Below, in pieces: positions 1-9,486 of a DNA stretch of 64,000 bases. Source of the stretch: Betaproteobacteria bacterium (GTDB lineage: Bacteria > Pseudomonadota > Gammaproteobacteria > Burkholderiales > SG8-41); assembly GCA_021730905.1 (NCBI GenBank), contig JAKFYK010000013.1, forward strand, positions 12,871 through 76,870, in the 5' to 3' direction. The position numbers were made by a program, and so were the translations under genes. The notes under the pieces are model-generated. The model did not search any database. It was not told the DNA's origin and was given only the letters and a program-made list of their open reading frames with translations. The stretch's first letter is position 1, and every line of letters starts with the position of its first letter.

Positions 1-1230
1 GTGCTTGCTGCCTACTTGACAGGCATTCTGGCACATCGGATAGCCGCAACCTGCGGAATACCTGACAGCGAGGAAGGCTTTATATGCGGCGTTTTTCATC
101 ATCTGGGACGGTTGATGATGACCTGCTATTTCTATGATGAATCCCTGGAAATCGACAAACGTGTAGCACAGGACGAAACGGTAGACAAAGCAGCGCGAGC
201 CGTGCTCGGCGTCAGTTATGAAGACCTGGGAATTGGCGTTGCGCGCCATTGGCACTTGCCCGAGAGAATTGTCAACAGCATCCAGCGCGTAGCCACACCA
301 GTGGCGCTAAAATCACCCAACCAGACGGACAAACTGAGACTAATTGCAAACTTGGCGACCGCGCTGTGTCGCACCGCAAGTCAACATCCGCCAGATGGCA
401 CATCCAATGAAATCGATCAATTACGCCGGAATTTTGGCGCCAGCCTCAATATCGGCAAGAAACAGCTTTCCGACGTGATAGAAGAATCCATTGAGCAATT
501 TCTTTCCGAATCTGAAATGTTCGTCACTGCGCCAGGCAAGAGTTGTTTTTTAGGATCGATCAAGCAGTGGTCAGGCAAGACAAACGAGGGCAGCCGCGCT
601 GATGTCAAGAACGTCACAACGACAAGCGAAAGTACGCCCGCCAACGAGGATGTTGTGAATGGATGCGCCGGCCAGTCATTGACTACTATTGCCGCGGTCA
701 CCGCAATCGACAACACAGATCACAGCACCGCACTTACGGCGGGTATTCAAGACATCACTCATGCACTGGTCCGCGATTACAACCTGAATGACTTGCTGCG
801 CATTATCCTGGAGACAATGTATCGCGGCATGGGGTTCTCACAAGTGCTGCTGTGCACGCGCGACGTGCGCAGCAATGAACTGCGGGCACGATTCGGCTTT
901 GGCGCGCGAACTGAAATTTTGCTTGAATATTTTAACGTTCCGCTGGGTCAGGCGCGGGATGTGTTCCAGCTTGCGCTCAACAAAAATGCAGACATATTCA
1001 TTGCCAATACCCAATCAGAAAGTGTCGTTACCCGAATCCCCTCCTGGTACCGAGAAAATGTGAATGCACGGGCATTTTTGGTGCTGCCGATCGTCATTAA
1101 CAACAGGATTATCGGCCTGTTTTATGCCGATCATGACCGGGAAGAAGATTTCGTGATCGAGCCACATCTGTTGCAGATGCTCAAAACGTTGCGTAATCAG
1201 GCAATACTTGCCATACGTCAAAAGTCATAA
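1..1230 (+). CDS. HDOD + GAF domain signalling protein (5' end outside window)
   Basis: The ORF is open from the window edge. It has an HDOD-like stretch (GVFHHLGRLMM...GVARHWHLPERIV) followed by a GAF-like C-terminus (LLRIILETMYRGMGFSQVLL...NNRIIGLFYADH). Confidence 0.75.
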   Translation: MLAAYLTGILAHRIAATCGIPDSEEGFICGVFHHLGRLMMTCYFYDESLEIDKRVAQDETVDKAARAVLGVSYEDLGIGVARHWHLPERIVNSIQRVATPVALKSPNQTDKLRLIANLATALCRTASQHPPDGTSNEIDQLRRNFGASLNIGKKQLSDVIEESIEQFLSESEMFVTAPGKSCFLGSIKQWSGKTNEGSRADVKNVTTTSESTPANEDVVNGCAGQSLTTIAAVTAIDNTDHSTALTAGIQDITHALVRDYNLNDLLRIILETMYRGMGFSQVLLCTRDVRSNELRARFGFGARTEILLEYFNVPLGQARDVFQLALNKNADIFIANTQSESVVTRIPSWYRENVNARAFLVLPIVINNRIIGLFYADHDREEDFVIEPHLLQMLKTLRNQAILAIRQKS

Positions 1231-1315
1231 TTCATGTTTTGGCGGCTTTCAACGGCAGATGCCCATCCAAAAGCTGAAGGGCACTGATCAAAGGCCGTTG
1301 GCGCCCTCCAGCCTG

Positions 1316-3601
1316 TTACCCACGACAGTTATCGATAGCATGCCTGGTCAATCCTGGTGCATTGACATCGCATGGCGAAGCAGTGCTTGCCACAATGACC
1401 GCGGCCGCACTTTCCGTTACAACAGGCACGGCGTCACGAGACATTGTGGTCAGGGCAGCTGACGCGCCATTTCGCAGAAACTTCCGTTCAAATTCCTCGG
1501 CGGGCATGGGTTTGCCTAGCAGAAAACCCTGCACCTCGTCACAGTGGTGCCGGCGCAGCAGTTCGAGTTGATCGTCCGTTTCGACACCCTCCGCAATCAC
1601 CCGCAGTCGCAGATTGTGCGCCATGGCAATAATGGCTGTAGTTATTGAAACATCGTCCGTATCGCCGGGTATGTCCTTGATAAAAGAGCGATCGATCTTT
1701 ACATGGTCAATCGGGAAACGCTTGAGGTAACTCAATGACGAGTAGCCGGTGCCAAAATCGTCAATGGCAAATTTTATGCCAGACGCTTTCAGCTTTCGCA
1801 ACACCGTTGCTGCGTGTTCAGGATTGTCCATCATCAGGCTCTCGGTAATTTCAAGCTCCAACCATTCGGGATCAAGCCCTGTTTCATTGAGCACGCGCAC
1901 GACCGTAGCATGTAAATCGTCCTGCACAAATTGTCTTGGCGAAAGATTCACCGCTACATGCAAGGATTGCGCACTCTGTTGTTGCCATGTTTTTACCTGG
2001 GCGCACGCAGTGCGTAAGACCCACTCACCGATGGGCAGGATCAGTCCGGTTTCTTCCGCAAGAGGAATGAATTTGACGGGTGAAATCGCGCCCATCCCCG
2101 GTTGCGTCCAGCGTAGCAGCGCCTCCATGCCGGTTACGCGTCCTGTCATCAAATCGAATTTAGGCTGATAGTAGAGTTCAAATTCTTCCTGCTCCAGTGC
2201 CCTGCGCAACAGGCGTTCAAGCACAAGGCGCTCGAATAAACTCTGATTCATCTTTGCAGAATAAAACTGGTAATTATTCTTGCCCTGTTCCTTTGCTCGC
2301 GACATTGCGTTGTCTGCGTTCTTCAGTATGGCCTGGGCGCTTTGACCGTCACCCGGATATGCGCTGATGCCGATGCTGGCGGTTAAGTGATAGTCGTTCC
2401 CAAGAAGCCGGATCGGCTCGGAGATGACGCTCAACAGACTTTGCGCAGTATGCGCGGCATCGGCCGGCATGATGCAATCGCGCATCATGACCACGAACTC
2501 GTCACCGCCAAATCGCGCAATCGTCGCGCGCCGCGGCAGTATGTCGGTTACGCGCTTTGCTACCTGTTGCAGGAGAGCGTCGCCAGATTCATGATTCAGC
2601 GTGTCGTTGATCAGTTTGAAGCGATCTAGGTCAATGAATAGCACTGCCACCTGCTTACCCGAGAATCCGGACTCCGATAATGCCTGATCAAGCAGTTGTG
2701 TAAACCGGAGTCGATTCGGCAACCCGGTCAATATGTCGTAATGCGCAAGCTGGCGGATACGCTCCTCGGCACGCCTGCGCTCCGTAACGTCACGTAAAAT
2801 ACCGGCAAATTTGACGCGTCCGTCAATGCGCATGACGCCCAGCGTCAGCTCGATCGGAAACAGGCTGCCATCTCTTTTTCGCCCCTTGAGTTCGTGCCCC
2901 ACGCCGACAATCTTGCTCTTGCCGGAGACATCACCATCTGTGAGGACGCGGGTTTGCATTGCCCGTTTGCCTGCCACACTCAGTAAACAATCGATATTGC
3001 GGCCAATCAGGTCTGCCGCCTTCCAGTCAAACATCTTTTCGGCTGTCATGTTTACAAAATCGACAACCCCTTCCTCATCAATCACGACAATGCCATCGGC
3101 AGCGGTATCAACGATCGATTTGAGCAACACTTCGCTGCTCCGCAGATTTTCCTCGGCCAACCTACGCGCGCGGCGCACCGCGGCATCCGTCAGTTCGCGG
3201 CGCACCGCGCATACCAAACGGCCAAGATCGTGCTTCATCATGTAATCATGAGCACCTGAGCGCATCGCGAGCACAGCGGTTTCCTCGCCAATCACCCCTG
3301 ACACCAAGATATAAGGAATATCGAGACCATGGTCGACTACGAGGGCGAGCGCCTGCAGGCCATCGAAATGCGGCATTGCGTAATCCGCGATGACAACATC
3401 CCATTGCTGCCGTTCGAGGCACTCGATCATGTCTTCACGAGTACAGACTTGCTCCCAAACGACGTCGTAGCCGCCCGATTTGAGCGTTTCCACAATCAGC
3501 AGTACATCGATTTGGCAATCATCGACGCACAGCGCGCGCAGAGGCTCACTTTTGCCGGGAAGCGATGCCGGAGGACGATGATATAAGGCTGCTGCTTGCA
3601 T
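1316..3601 (-). CDS. Response-regulator receiver-PAS-GGDEF-EAL protein (c-di-GMP turnover)
   Basis: 761-aa ORF with a receiver domain ([18 protein letters not shown]), a PAS region ([15 protein letters not shown]), a GGDEF motif (RFGGDEFVV), and EAL motifs ([20 protein letters not shown]). Confidence 0.9.
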   Translation of the reverse strand: MQAAALYHRPPASLPGKSEPLRALCVDDCQIDVLLIVETLKSGGYDVVWEQVCTREDMIECLERQQWDVVIADYAMPHFDGLQALALVVDHGLDIPYILVSGVIGEETAVLAMRSGAHDYMMKHDLGRLVCAVRRELTDAAVRRARRLAEENLRSSEVLLKSIVDTAADGIVVIDEEGVVDFVNMTAEKMFDWKAADLIGRNIDCLLSVAGKRAMQTRVLTDGDVSGKSKIVGVGHELKGRKRDGSLFPIELTLGVMRIDGRVKFAGILRDVTERRRAEERIRQLAHYDILTGLPNRLRFTQLLDQALSESGFSGKQVAVLFIDLDRFKLINDTLNHESGDALLQQVAKRVTDILPRRATIARFGGDEFVVMMRDCIMPADAAHTAQSLLSVISEPIRLLGNDYHLTASIGISAYPGDGQSAQAILKNADNAMSRAKEQGKNNYQFYSAKMNQSLFERLVLERLLRRALEQEEFELYYQPKFDLMTGRVTGMEALLRWTQPGMGAISPVKFIPLAEETGLILPIGEWVLRTACAQVKTWQQQSAQSLHVAVNLSPRQFVQDDLHATVVRVLNETGLDPEWLELEITESLMMDNPEHAATVLRKLKASGIKFAIDDFGTGYSSLSYLKRFPIDHVKIDRSFIKDIPGDTDDVSITTAIIAMAHNLRLRVIAEGVETDDQLELLRRHHCDEVQGFLLGKPMPAEEFERKFLRNGASAALTTMSRDAVPVVTESAAAVIVASTASPCDVNAPGLTRHAIDNCRG

Positions 3602-3900
3602 GATGATTAAGTTACCCGGACCGTGAATACTTTGCGTATATCCCTATACATAATTAAACACGCGAGCCCTCCTCGCATCGCATCCCGCATTGCCGCCGTC
3701 GCACACATGAATAATTCTGAGATAGGTTTTAGCTATGCCACGCCCTTGATATCGGCACTGCGCCCCAAAAACTTGAGCAACGCCGCTTTCGATGACAAGG
3801 GAAACCAGATTGATCTATCATAGGCGTGCCGCTACAGGCTAACGCTTGTATATCCTTGATTTCCCTGAACATACGCGGTTCGACCCGCTACGCCCCAACC

Positions 3901-5424
3901 ATGACACGCCCCCTTCGGATGCTGCTAATCGAGGACTCGGAAGAAGACGCCGAGCTGCTGCTCACGGAAATCAATAATAGTGGATATGATGTCACCCATA
4001 CACGGGTCGAATCTGCGGAAGCCACCATTGATGCACTTGCGACGGGCCAATGGGATATCGTGATCTCCGACTACACCTTGCCACGATTCAACGGACTGGC
4101 AGCCATCGAAATCGTACGGCAGCACGATCCCGACCTGCCTTTTATCATCACTTCGGGCAATATCGGCGAAGACATTGCCGTCGAGGCCATGCGCGCCGGC
4201 GCTCACGATTACCTGATGAAAAACAACCTGTCACGGCTCACCCCGGCCATTGACCGTGAATTGCGTGAAAGCAAGCTGCGCCGTGACGCGCGCCGGGCGC
4301 AGGTCCAGCTTGAAGAAAACGAAGCGCGATTTCGCGCGATTGCATCCAACATCCCCGGCATGGTTTTTCAACTCATGGCGAACACTAACGGCACCTTGAG
4401 CTTCTCCTATGTCAGCGCGGGAAGCAATCAGTTGCTCGACCTGGCGCCCCATGAATTGCGGGAAGACAGCGCCCGGTTCTTCGACCGGCTGCTGGATCAG
4501 GATGTATCCGGCCTGCGAAGCCGGATCATGGCATCGGCACAATCCCTGCGTTCCTTTAGCTGGGAAGGATGCATCCGAGCCCTTTCCGGCGACACCGTCA
4601 GCTGGATTACGGCGCGCATGAGTCCCCATCGCCTTGGAAATGACATGATTCAATGGGACGGCATCCTTGAAGACATCTCACAGCGCAAGCAGATGGAAAT
4701 GGAACTGCTGCAATCTCAACAGCGACTCTCCGCGCTGTCCTCCCATCTGCAAAAAGCAAAAGAAGCCGAACGCATGAGTATCGCCCGCGAGGTTCACGAC
4801 GATATCGGCGGCAATCTGACCGCCATCAAAATTGATTTGTTATGGGTCATCAACCATATAGGCAATACCGACCCCGAAGCATTGGCAAAAATGCATTCGC
4901 TGGAATTCCTGACAGACCGCACTCTGGAAATTACCTCCCGCATTGCCAGCGACCTGCGGCCTCCCTTGCTTGATCTGGGTCTGCTGGCGGCCATGGAATG
5001 GGAGGCTTCGGAATTCGCGAAGCGCATGGGTATTCCCTGTACTATTCAATGCGACGACGATGACATCGCCGTCAATCCTGAATTCGCCAATGCGCTTTTT
5101 AGCGTATTCCGGGAAACACTCACCAATATTTCGAAGCATGCCAAAGCCACTCGCGTCAACGTCAAACTGAGAGTCGATGATGCTTCCTGCACGCTGTCAG
5201 TAACCGACAACGGTTGTGGTTTCACCCAAACTGATCTTTTGAAGAGCAAGTCATTCGGGCTACGCGGTATGCTGGAACGCGCGCGCAATCTTGGCGGCGA
5301 AATAAGATTCAACGGCGGCCCGGGCAAAGGCACGACGGTAATCGCGTGCCTGCCTCTGCAGGTCACTGCGCCACTGCCAGAAAGTTTTGACAATAAAATA
5401 GGGTCTTTATGGTTAGAGTTGTAA
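3901..5424 (+). CDS. Receiver-PAS-HisKA_3 sensor histidine kinase
   Basis: I chose the ATG at 3901 (MTRPLRMLLIEDSEED); the ORF track starts at a GTG at 3826. It has a receiver domain (VISDYTLPRFNG), a PAS region, an H-box (IAREVHDDIGGNLTAIK), and ATPase motifs (DNGCGF, FGLRGMLERA). Confidence 0.85.
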   Translation: MTRPLRMLLIEDSEEDAELLLTEINNSGYDVTHTRVESAEATIDALATGQWDIVISDYTLPRFNGLAAIEIVRQHDPDLPFIITSGNIGEDIAVEAMRAGAHDYLMKNNLSRLTPAIDRELRESKLRRDARRAQVQLEENEARFRAIASNIPGMVFQLMANTNGTLSFSYVSAGSNQLLDLAPHELREDSARFFDRLLDQDVSGLRSRIMASAQSLRSFSWEGCIRALSGDTVSWITARMSPHRLGNDMIQWDGILEDISQRKQMEMELLQSQQRLSALSSHLQKAKEAERMSIAREVHDDIGGNLTAIKIDLLWVINHIGNTDPEALAKMHSLEFLTDRTLEITSRIASDLRPPLLDLGLLAAMEWEASEFAKRMGIPCTIQCDDDDIAVNPEFANALFSVFRETLTNISKHAKATRVNVKLRVDDASCTLSVTDNGCGFTQTDLLKSKSFGLRGMLERARNLGGEIRFNGGPGKGTTVIACLPLQVTAPLPESFDNKIGSLWLEL

Positions 5425-6041
5425 TCGTAGACGATCACGCCATCCTTCGCCGTGGCCTGAGCCAGATCATCGATGAAAGCGATGCTTTGCAGATGGTGGG
5501 CGAGGCCGAAAACAGCACGCAGGCCTTGCAAATGCTTCGGAAAACGCCCTGCGAGGTGGTAGTACTCGATATCTCACTGCCAGATCGCAACGGCATCGAA
5601 ACGCTGAAGTTGATCCGCAAGGAGTTCCCCAAACTAAGGGTACTGATGCTGTCCATGCACCCCGACAACCAATACGCGCTGCGTGCACTCAAGGCGGGGG
5701 CGTCGGGCTATCTGACCAAGCAGAGCGCACCCGCTCAACTGGTGAGCGCCATTGTCCAGGTTAGCCGTGGCCGTAAATATGTGACGCCTGGTGTGGCGGA
5801 AGAACTTGCCAACTCGATTGGCGACGACGGCGTGGAATCTCCGCATCATAAATTGTCGATCCGCGAATACCAGACCTTGTGTCATATCGCATCGGGCAAA
5901 TCGTTGACGGAAATCGGTCAAAAAATGGCCATCAGCGTAAAAACAGTCAGCGTGTACCGCAGCCGCATACTCGAAAAAATGCACATGAAACACAATGCCG
6001 AACTCACGCACTACGCGATAAAAAATAATATCGTGGAATAA
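5409..6041 (+). CDS. NarL/FixJ-family response regulator (REC + LuxR-type HTH)
   Basis: It starts MVRVVIVDDH, has the phosphoacceptor context VVVLDISLPDRNG, and has an HTH segment (LSIREYQTLCHIASGKSLTEIGQKMAISVKTVSVYRSRILEKM). It overlaps the upstream kinase gene by 16 nt, which suggests translational coupling. Confidence 0.9.
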   Translation: MVRVVIVDDHAILRRGLSQIIDESDALQMVGEAENSTQALQMLRKTPCEVVVLDISLPDRNGIETLKLIRKEFPKLRVLMLSMHPDNQYALRALKAGASGYLTKQSAPAQLVSAIVQVSRGRKYVTPGVAEELANSIGDDGVESPHHKLSIREYQTLCHIASGKSLTEIGQKMAISVKTVSVYRSRILEKMHMKHNAELTHYAIKNNIVE

Positions 6042-6270
6042 GCAGGGCCTCGCGGTCAGCGCCCGTGTCGCGTCCTTGCCCAAGCGACGCTCCAGACACA
6101 CTGGCGCGGAATAAGTACCTGATATTATTAATTTTTTAAAAATTTAGACGATTTCCGGAGCCCCTTCGTCAACCTCGTGAAGCGGGCGCGACGTCCATCC
6201 TCGTTTGCGAGCCAGCTGTCGCGGTACTCCCGCACGGTGCGCGCTGCCGGCAGATTTTACGTGCCGGGAC

Positions 6271-6298
6271 TAAAGTCTTCATGGGATTTGGCCGATAA
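6271..6298 (+). promoter_or_regulatory. Candidate sigma-28 (FliA) promoter upstream of the 611-aa GGDEF gene
   Basis: The site reads TAAAGTCT (6271-6278), a 12-nt spacer, then GCCGATAA (6291-6298). The enteric consensus is TAAAGTTT-N11-GCCGATAA. It lies ~78 nt upstream of the ATG at 6376. Confidence 0.6.
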
Positions 6299-6375
6299 GA
6301 TGCTCATTCCAGCCATCTGAGCCTGCAGCTGGGTGTTGCGTTGTGTTGTGCTAATCTGAAAAGCGAGAATTAAAA

Positions 6376-8211
6376 ATGGGGCAGAAAAAACCCAGCGAGA
6401 TTGCCCGAGAGGCGTTGCTCCAATTGGCCACTCGCAAACTCGAACCCACGCCAGACAACTATCGCAGATTGTATATAGAAATCGACGGAGGCAACGAAAG
6501 CAAGCATGAGAGCAGTGCCGAATCTGCGCTGCAAAAACTAGCCCTGCAACTGCCGCGCCATACGCCTGAACTTGTTCGGCTGGGAAATAGTTTGACCGAT
6601 GCCGTGGATGCGCGCGACTGGATCAAGGTACAACGCATACTGCTCGAATTTTCGGACCGGCGGCCAACCGATGCCGTGCCGGCTGTCGAATGGGCTGCGC
6701 TGATCCGCAGGCTGATCCAGAACGCCGGCGGTGTTCAGTCGAGTTCTTTGCCCGCGCACAGATGCACCGCCCTGGACATCGCACTGAATGCGGGCGATGA
6801 CATGCAGAAGCTGAAGCGGCGCCTGGACATGCTTGCTGCCGAGTGGGAAACTCCTCCGGGAACACCGGCTGCCGAGAAACCCTGTACCGTGAAGCGCGAC
6901 AGCGCCAATCACATGAATGACTGCGGCAGCACCGGGACGCTGCAATTCGCCGCCCAGCTATATGAGCTTCTGGCGCAAACGCTGGAAACCGGCATCGCTG
7001 CACAATTAATTAATGTGCCCGCCGTTGCTGCCGAAGCCAGCGCGCTTGCCAGGCGCCTGCGCGAGCCAGATGCTGTCGATACGGAAGAACTGCATGTACT
7101 ACTAAAGTCGCTATGGCTCAGAATGGAGTTGCAGGGCAACCGGCAGGATGAACTGCAGTCCGCACTGCTCGACATACTTCACTTGATGATTGATAACGTG
7201 GGAGAACTGGTAGCCGATGACCAATGGTTGCGCGGTCAGTTAAATATCGTGTCGCAGTCCATCACCAGCCCGCTCAGCATTGAGGCGCTCGAACAGGCCA
7301 AACTCAACCTCAAGGAAGTGATTTACAAACAAGGTCAGCTCAAGCAGGGTTTGTCAGAAGTCAGGGCAACGCTCAAACAAATGGTTGTTTCTTTCATTGG
7401 CGAATTGGGAAAACTGTCCGCGGCCACCGGCGACTATCACGATAGCATTGAGAACCTCTCCCAGAAAATCCGTCAAACCGACGACGTCAATCAGTTGAAT
7501 CAGCTGCTCGAAGAAGTATTGCGTGAAACCCGCGATGTGCAAAACAGCACGCTGCGTTCGCGCGAGGAAGTGCTCGCGGCGCGGCAGCAGGTTGATGCAG
7601 CCGAGCGCAAAGCCGTCGAACTCGAAACGGAATTACAGCGGGTCAGCGAAAAAGTGCAAACGGACTACCTTACCGGAACACTCAATCGACGCGGTCTCAA
7701 GGAGGCCTTTGACCGCGAATTGGCCATCTCCGAACGCGAAAAAACGCCGACCAGTGTCGCACTGCTCGACATTGACAACTTCAAGGACTTGAATGACAAC
7801 TTCGGGCACCAGATGGGCGACGATGTGCTGGCCCAGCTTGCCAGACTCATCAAGGAAACGGTTCGCCCCGGCGACAGCGTGGCACGCTACGGTGGCGAGG
7901 AATTCCTGATTTTGCTGCCAAATGCCGACATCGACCAGGCCACCGCGGTATTAACCCGGCTGCAGCGCGCGCTGACCAAGCATTTTTTTCTCCACGACAA
8001 TTGCAAGGTGTTGATTACATTCAGCACCGGCGTTACACGACATTTGCCAGGAGAGACTCAGGAAGCGGTAATCGCGCGAGCGGATGCAGCGCTATACCAG
8101 GCTAAACGCGCCGGAAAGAACCGGGTGGTAACCGCCCAACCGGATGGTATAGCCTGGCAACCGGTGATACCCTCCATCGCAAGACCTGCCGGCAATCTGA
8201 TCTCCGCCTAG
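6376..8211 (+). CDS. Diguanylate cyclase (GGDEF) with a long helical N-terminal region of unknown function
   Basis: The C-terminus is a GGDEF domain (LTGTLNRRG, NDNFGHQMGDDVL, RYGGEEFLILLP). An RxxD I-site-like motif (RPGD) lies 5 residues before GGEEF. Confidence 0.9.
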   Translation: MGQKKPSEIAREALLQLATRKLEPTPDNYRRLYIEIDGGNESKHESSAESALQKLALQLPRHTPELVRLGNSLTDAVDARDWIKVQRILLEFSDRRPTDAVPAVEWAALIRRLIQNAGGVQSSSLPAHRCTALDIALNAGDDMQKLKRRLDMLAAEWETPPGTPAAEKPCTVKRDSANHMNDCGSTGTLQFAAQLYELLAQTLETGIAAQLINVPAVAAEASALARRLREPDAVDTEELHVLLKSLWLRMELQGNRQDELQSALLDILHLMIDNVGELVADDQWLRGQLNIVSQSITSPLSIEALEQAKLNLKEVIYKQGQLKQGLSEVRATLKQMVVSFIGELGKLSAATGDYHDSIENLSQKIRQTDDVNQLNQLLEEVLRETRDVQNSTLRSREEVLAARQQVDAAERKAVELETELQRVSEKVQTDYLTGTLNRRGLKEAFDRELAISEREKTPTSVALLDIDNFKDLNDNFGHQMGDDVLAQLARLIKETVRPGDSVARYGGEEFLILLPNADIDQATAVLTRLQRALTKHFFLHDNCKVLITFSTGVTRHLPGETQEAVIARADAALYQAKRAGKNRVVTAQPDGIAWQPVIPSIARPAGNLISA

Positions 8212-8354
8212 ATCACGGCTGCGCACGCGCCGCCATCGCCGGAATTGCGCCCTTGTTTGCCCTTTAATCGCCGCATGCGACGCGCGCAATCTTGCTACCG
8301 TAATGCTCCAGTATTCCCGTCGGGAACTGTCGGCATTTTCAGGAGGGTGCATCG

Positions 8355-9179
8355 ATGGAGTCAATCAGGGAAAAACCGCATTTGCGGCTGGTCAAACCGT
8401 CGCCACAAGCTGGTTTCGCCCATGCGGCGCGGCCCGCGCCACCCGTAAATTCCTGTAGCGCCTACTACCGGCGCATAGAGGCCTATGCGCACCGCATCCG
8501 CAAGTCAGATAGCGTCATGGCTATTGTCGATATTCTCGATCAAGCCCTGACGGAAACACGCGCACTGGAGCGCAGCGAAGGCGTCGTTTTTGGATCCGGC
8601 AAAATCGACCGCGCTCAACTGGAGATGCAGTCCCTGAAAACGGAGCTGGAACAACTGCGGGGGCTGGTCTATGTGGATCATCTGACAGGATTGCTCAATC
8701 GCGGCGCCCTGAAAGACAGTTTCACGCGAGAGGCCGCGCGCGCGGATCGCGCTGGAAAAGCACTGGCTGTCGCCTTGATAGATATTGATGACTTCAAATT
8801 GCTGAATGACCGGTATGGCCATCAGACCGGCGACGATGCGCTGGTGCATCTTGCGCAAATCATTCGCAGAACGATGCGGCCCAGCGATGTCGCGGTGCGT
8901 TTTGGCGGTGAAGAGTTTCTATTTCTGCTGCCCGACGCAAATTCGGAACAGGCAGCTCAGGCACTGCATCGCGTGCAGCACGACCTGGATCGTCAACCAC
9001 TGCGCCATGCCGTTCATGAAATCACGCTGACTTTCAGCGCCGGCATCGCGATTCGCGGCAGCCACGAGAGCTGTGACGCCGTCATTGCTCGCGCTGACGC
9101 TGCTCTATATGCCGCCAAACGTGCCGGCAAGCGTCAGGTGTGCCATGCAACGGATGCAGAACAGCACCTTCAGCCGTAG
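8355..9179 (+). CDS. Diguanylate cyclase (GGDEF)
   Basis: It carries LTGLLNRGAL, NDRYGHQTGDDAL and RFGGEEFLFLLP, with RPSD as an RxxD motif upstream of GGEEF. The exact start codon is uncertain. Confidence 0.85.
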   Translation: MESIREKPHLRLVKPSPQAGFAHAARPAPPVNSCSAYYRRIEAYAHRIRKSDSVMAIVDILDQALTETRALERSEGVVFGSGKIDRAQLEMQSLKTELEQLRGLVYVDHLTGLLNRGALKDSFTREAARADRAGKALAVALIDIDDFKLLNDRYGHQTGDDALVHLAQIIRRTMRPSDVAVRFGGEEFLFLLPDANSEQAAQALHRVQHDLDRQPLRHAVHEITLTFSAGIAIRGSHESCDAVIARADAALYAAKRAGKRQVCHATDAEQHLQP

Positions 9180-9362
9180 CGCGTCCGTGGCCATGTGCGT
9201 GTCTCTTCATTAAAATATGTTTATAAACATATACTTACACAATATTCTCGCGATTTGAAAGGCAGTACTTTTGCAGGCGTGCATGAAATCGCTGTGTTTC
9301 ACCCGCGGCTATTGCTGCAGTGGTGCTGCGCGCGCAATCACGCGGTCCCGTTTACACACAAC

Positions 9363-9390
9363 TAAAGTCCGCAGGAGGTAGTGCCGTAAT
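9363..9390 (+). promoter_or_regulatory. Candidate sigma-28 promoter of fliC
   Basis: The site reads TAAAGTCC (9363-9370), a 12-nt spacer, then GCCGTAAT (9383-9390). It lies ~97 nt upstream of the fliC ATG. Confidence 0.6.
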
Positions 9391-9486
9391 TGCCTATGAC
9401 GGCGGTTCACGCCACTGGGCGGCCAGACCAAAGTCACGGCAATAGCGCCGCTCAACTATTTACACAACTGCCTCAAGGAGAAACAA

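Noticed and set aside
3623-3823. A 66-aa ORF filling the divergent intergenic region between the two REC-PAS genes.
   Set aside because: It has a GTG start, no ribosome-binding site, odd composition and no recognisable motif. It occupies the space where the two divergent promoters must lie.
3636-3857. A direct repeat, GTATATCC(C/T)T, at 3636-3645 and 3848-3857. Each copy is ~35-45 nt from one of the two divergent start codons, so it is a possible NarL-type site.
   Set aside because: It is only a 9/10-nt match within 300 bp, which is plausible by chance. The copies are in the same orientation relative to oppositely oriented genes, and it does not fit the NarL heptamer well.
6119-6160. An AT-rich near-palindrome (AATTTTTTAAAAATT) downstream of the NarL-type regulator gene.
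   Set aside because: The symmetry is imperfect and the run is simple A/T sequence. It may just be an AT-rich spacer or part of a weak terminator. Nothing specific can be supported.
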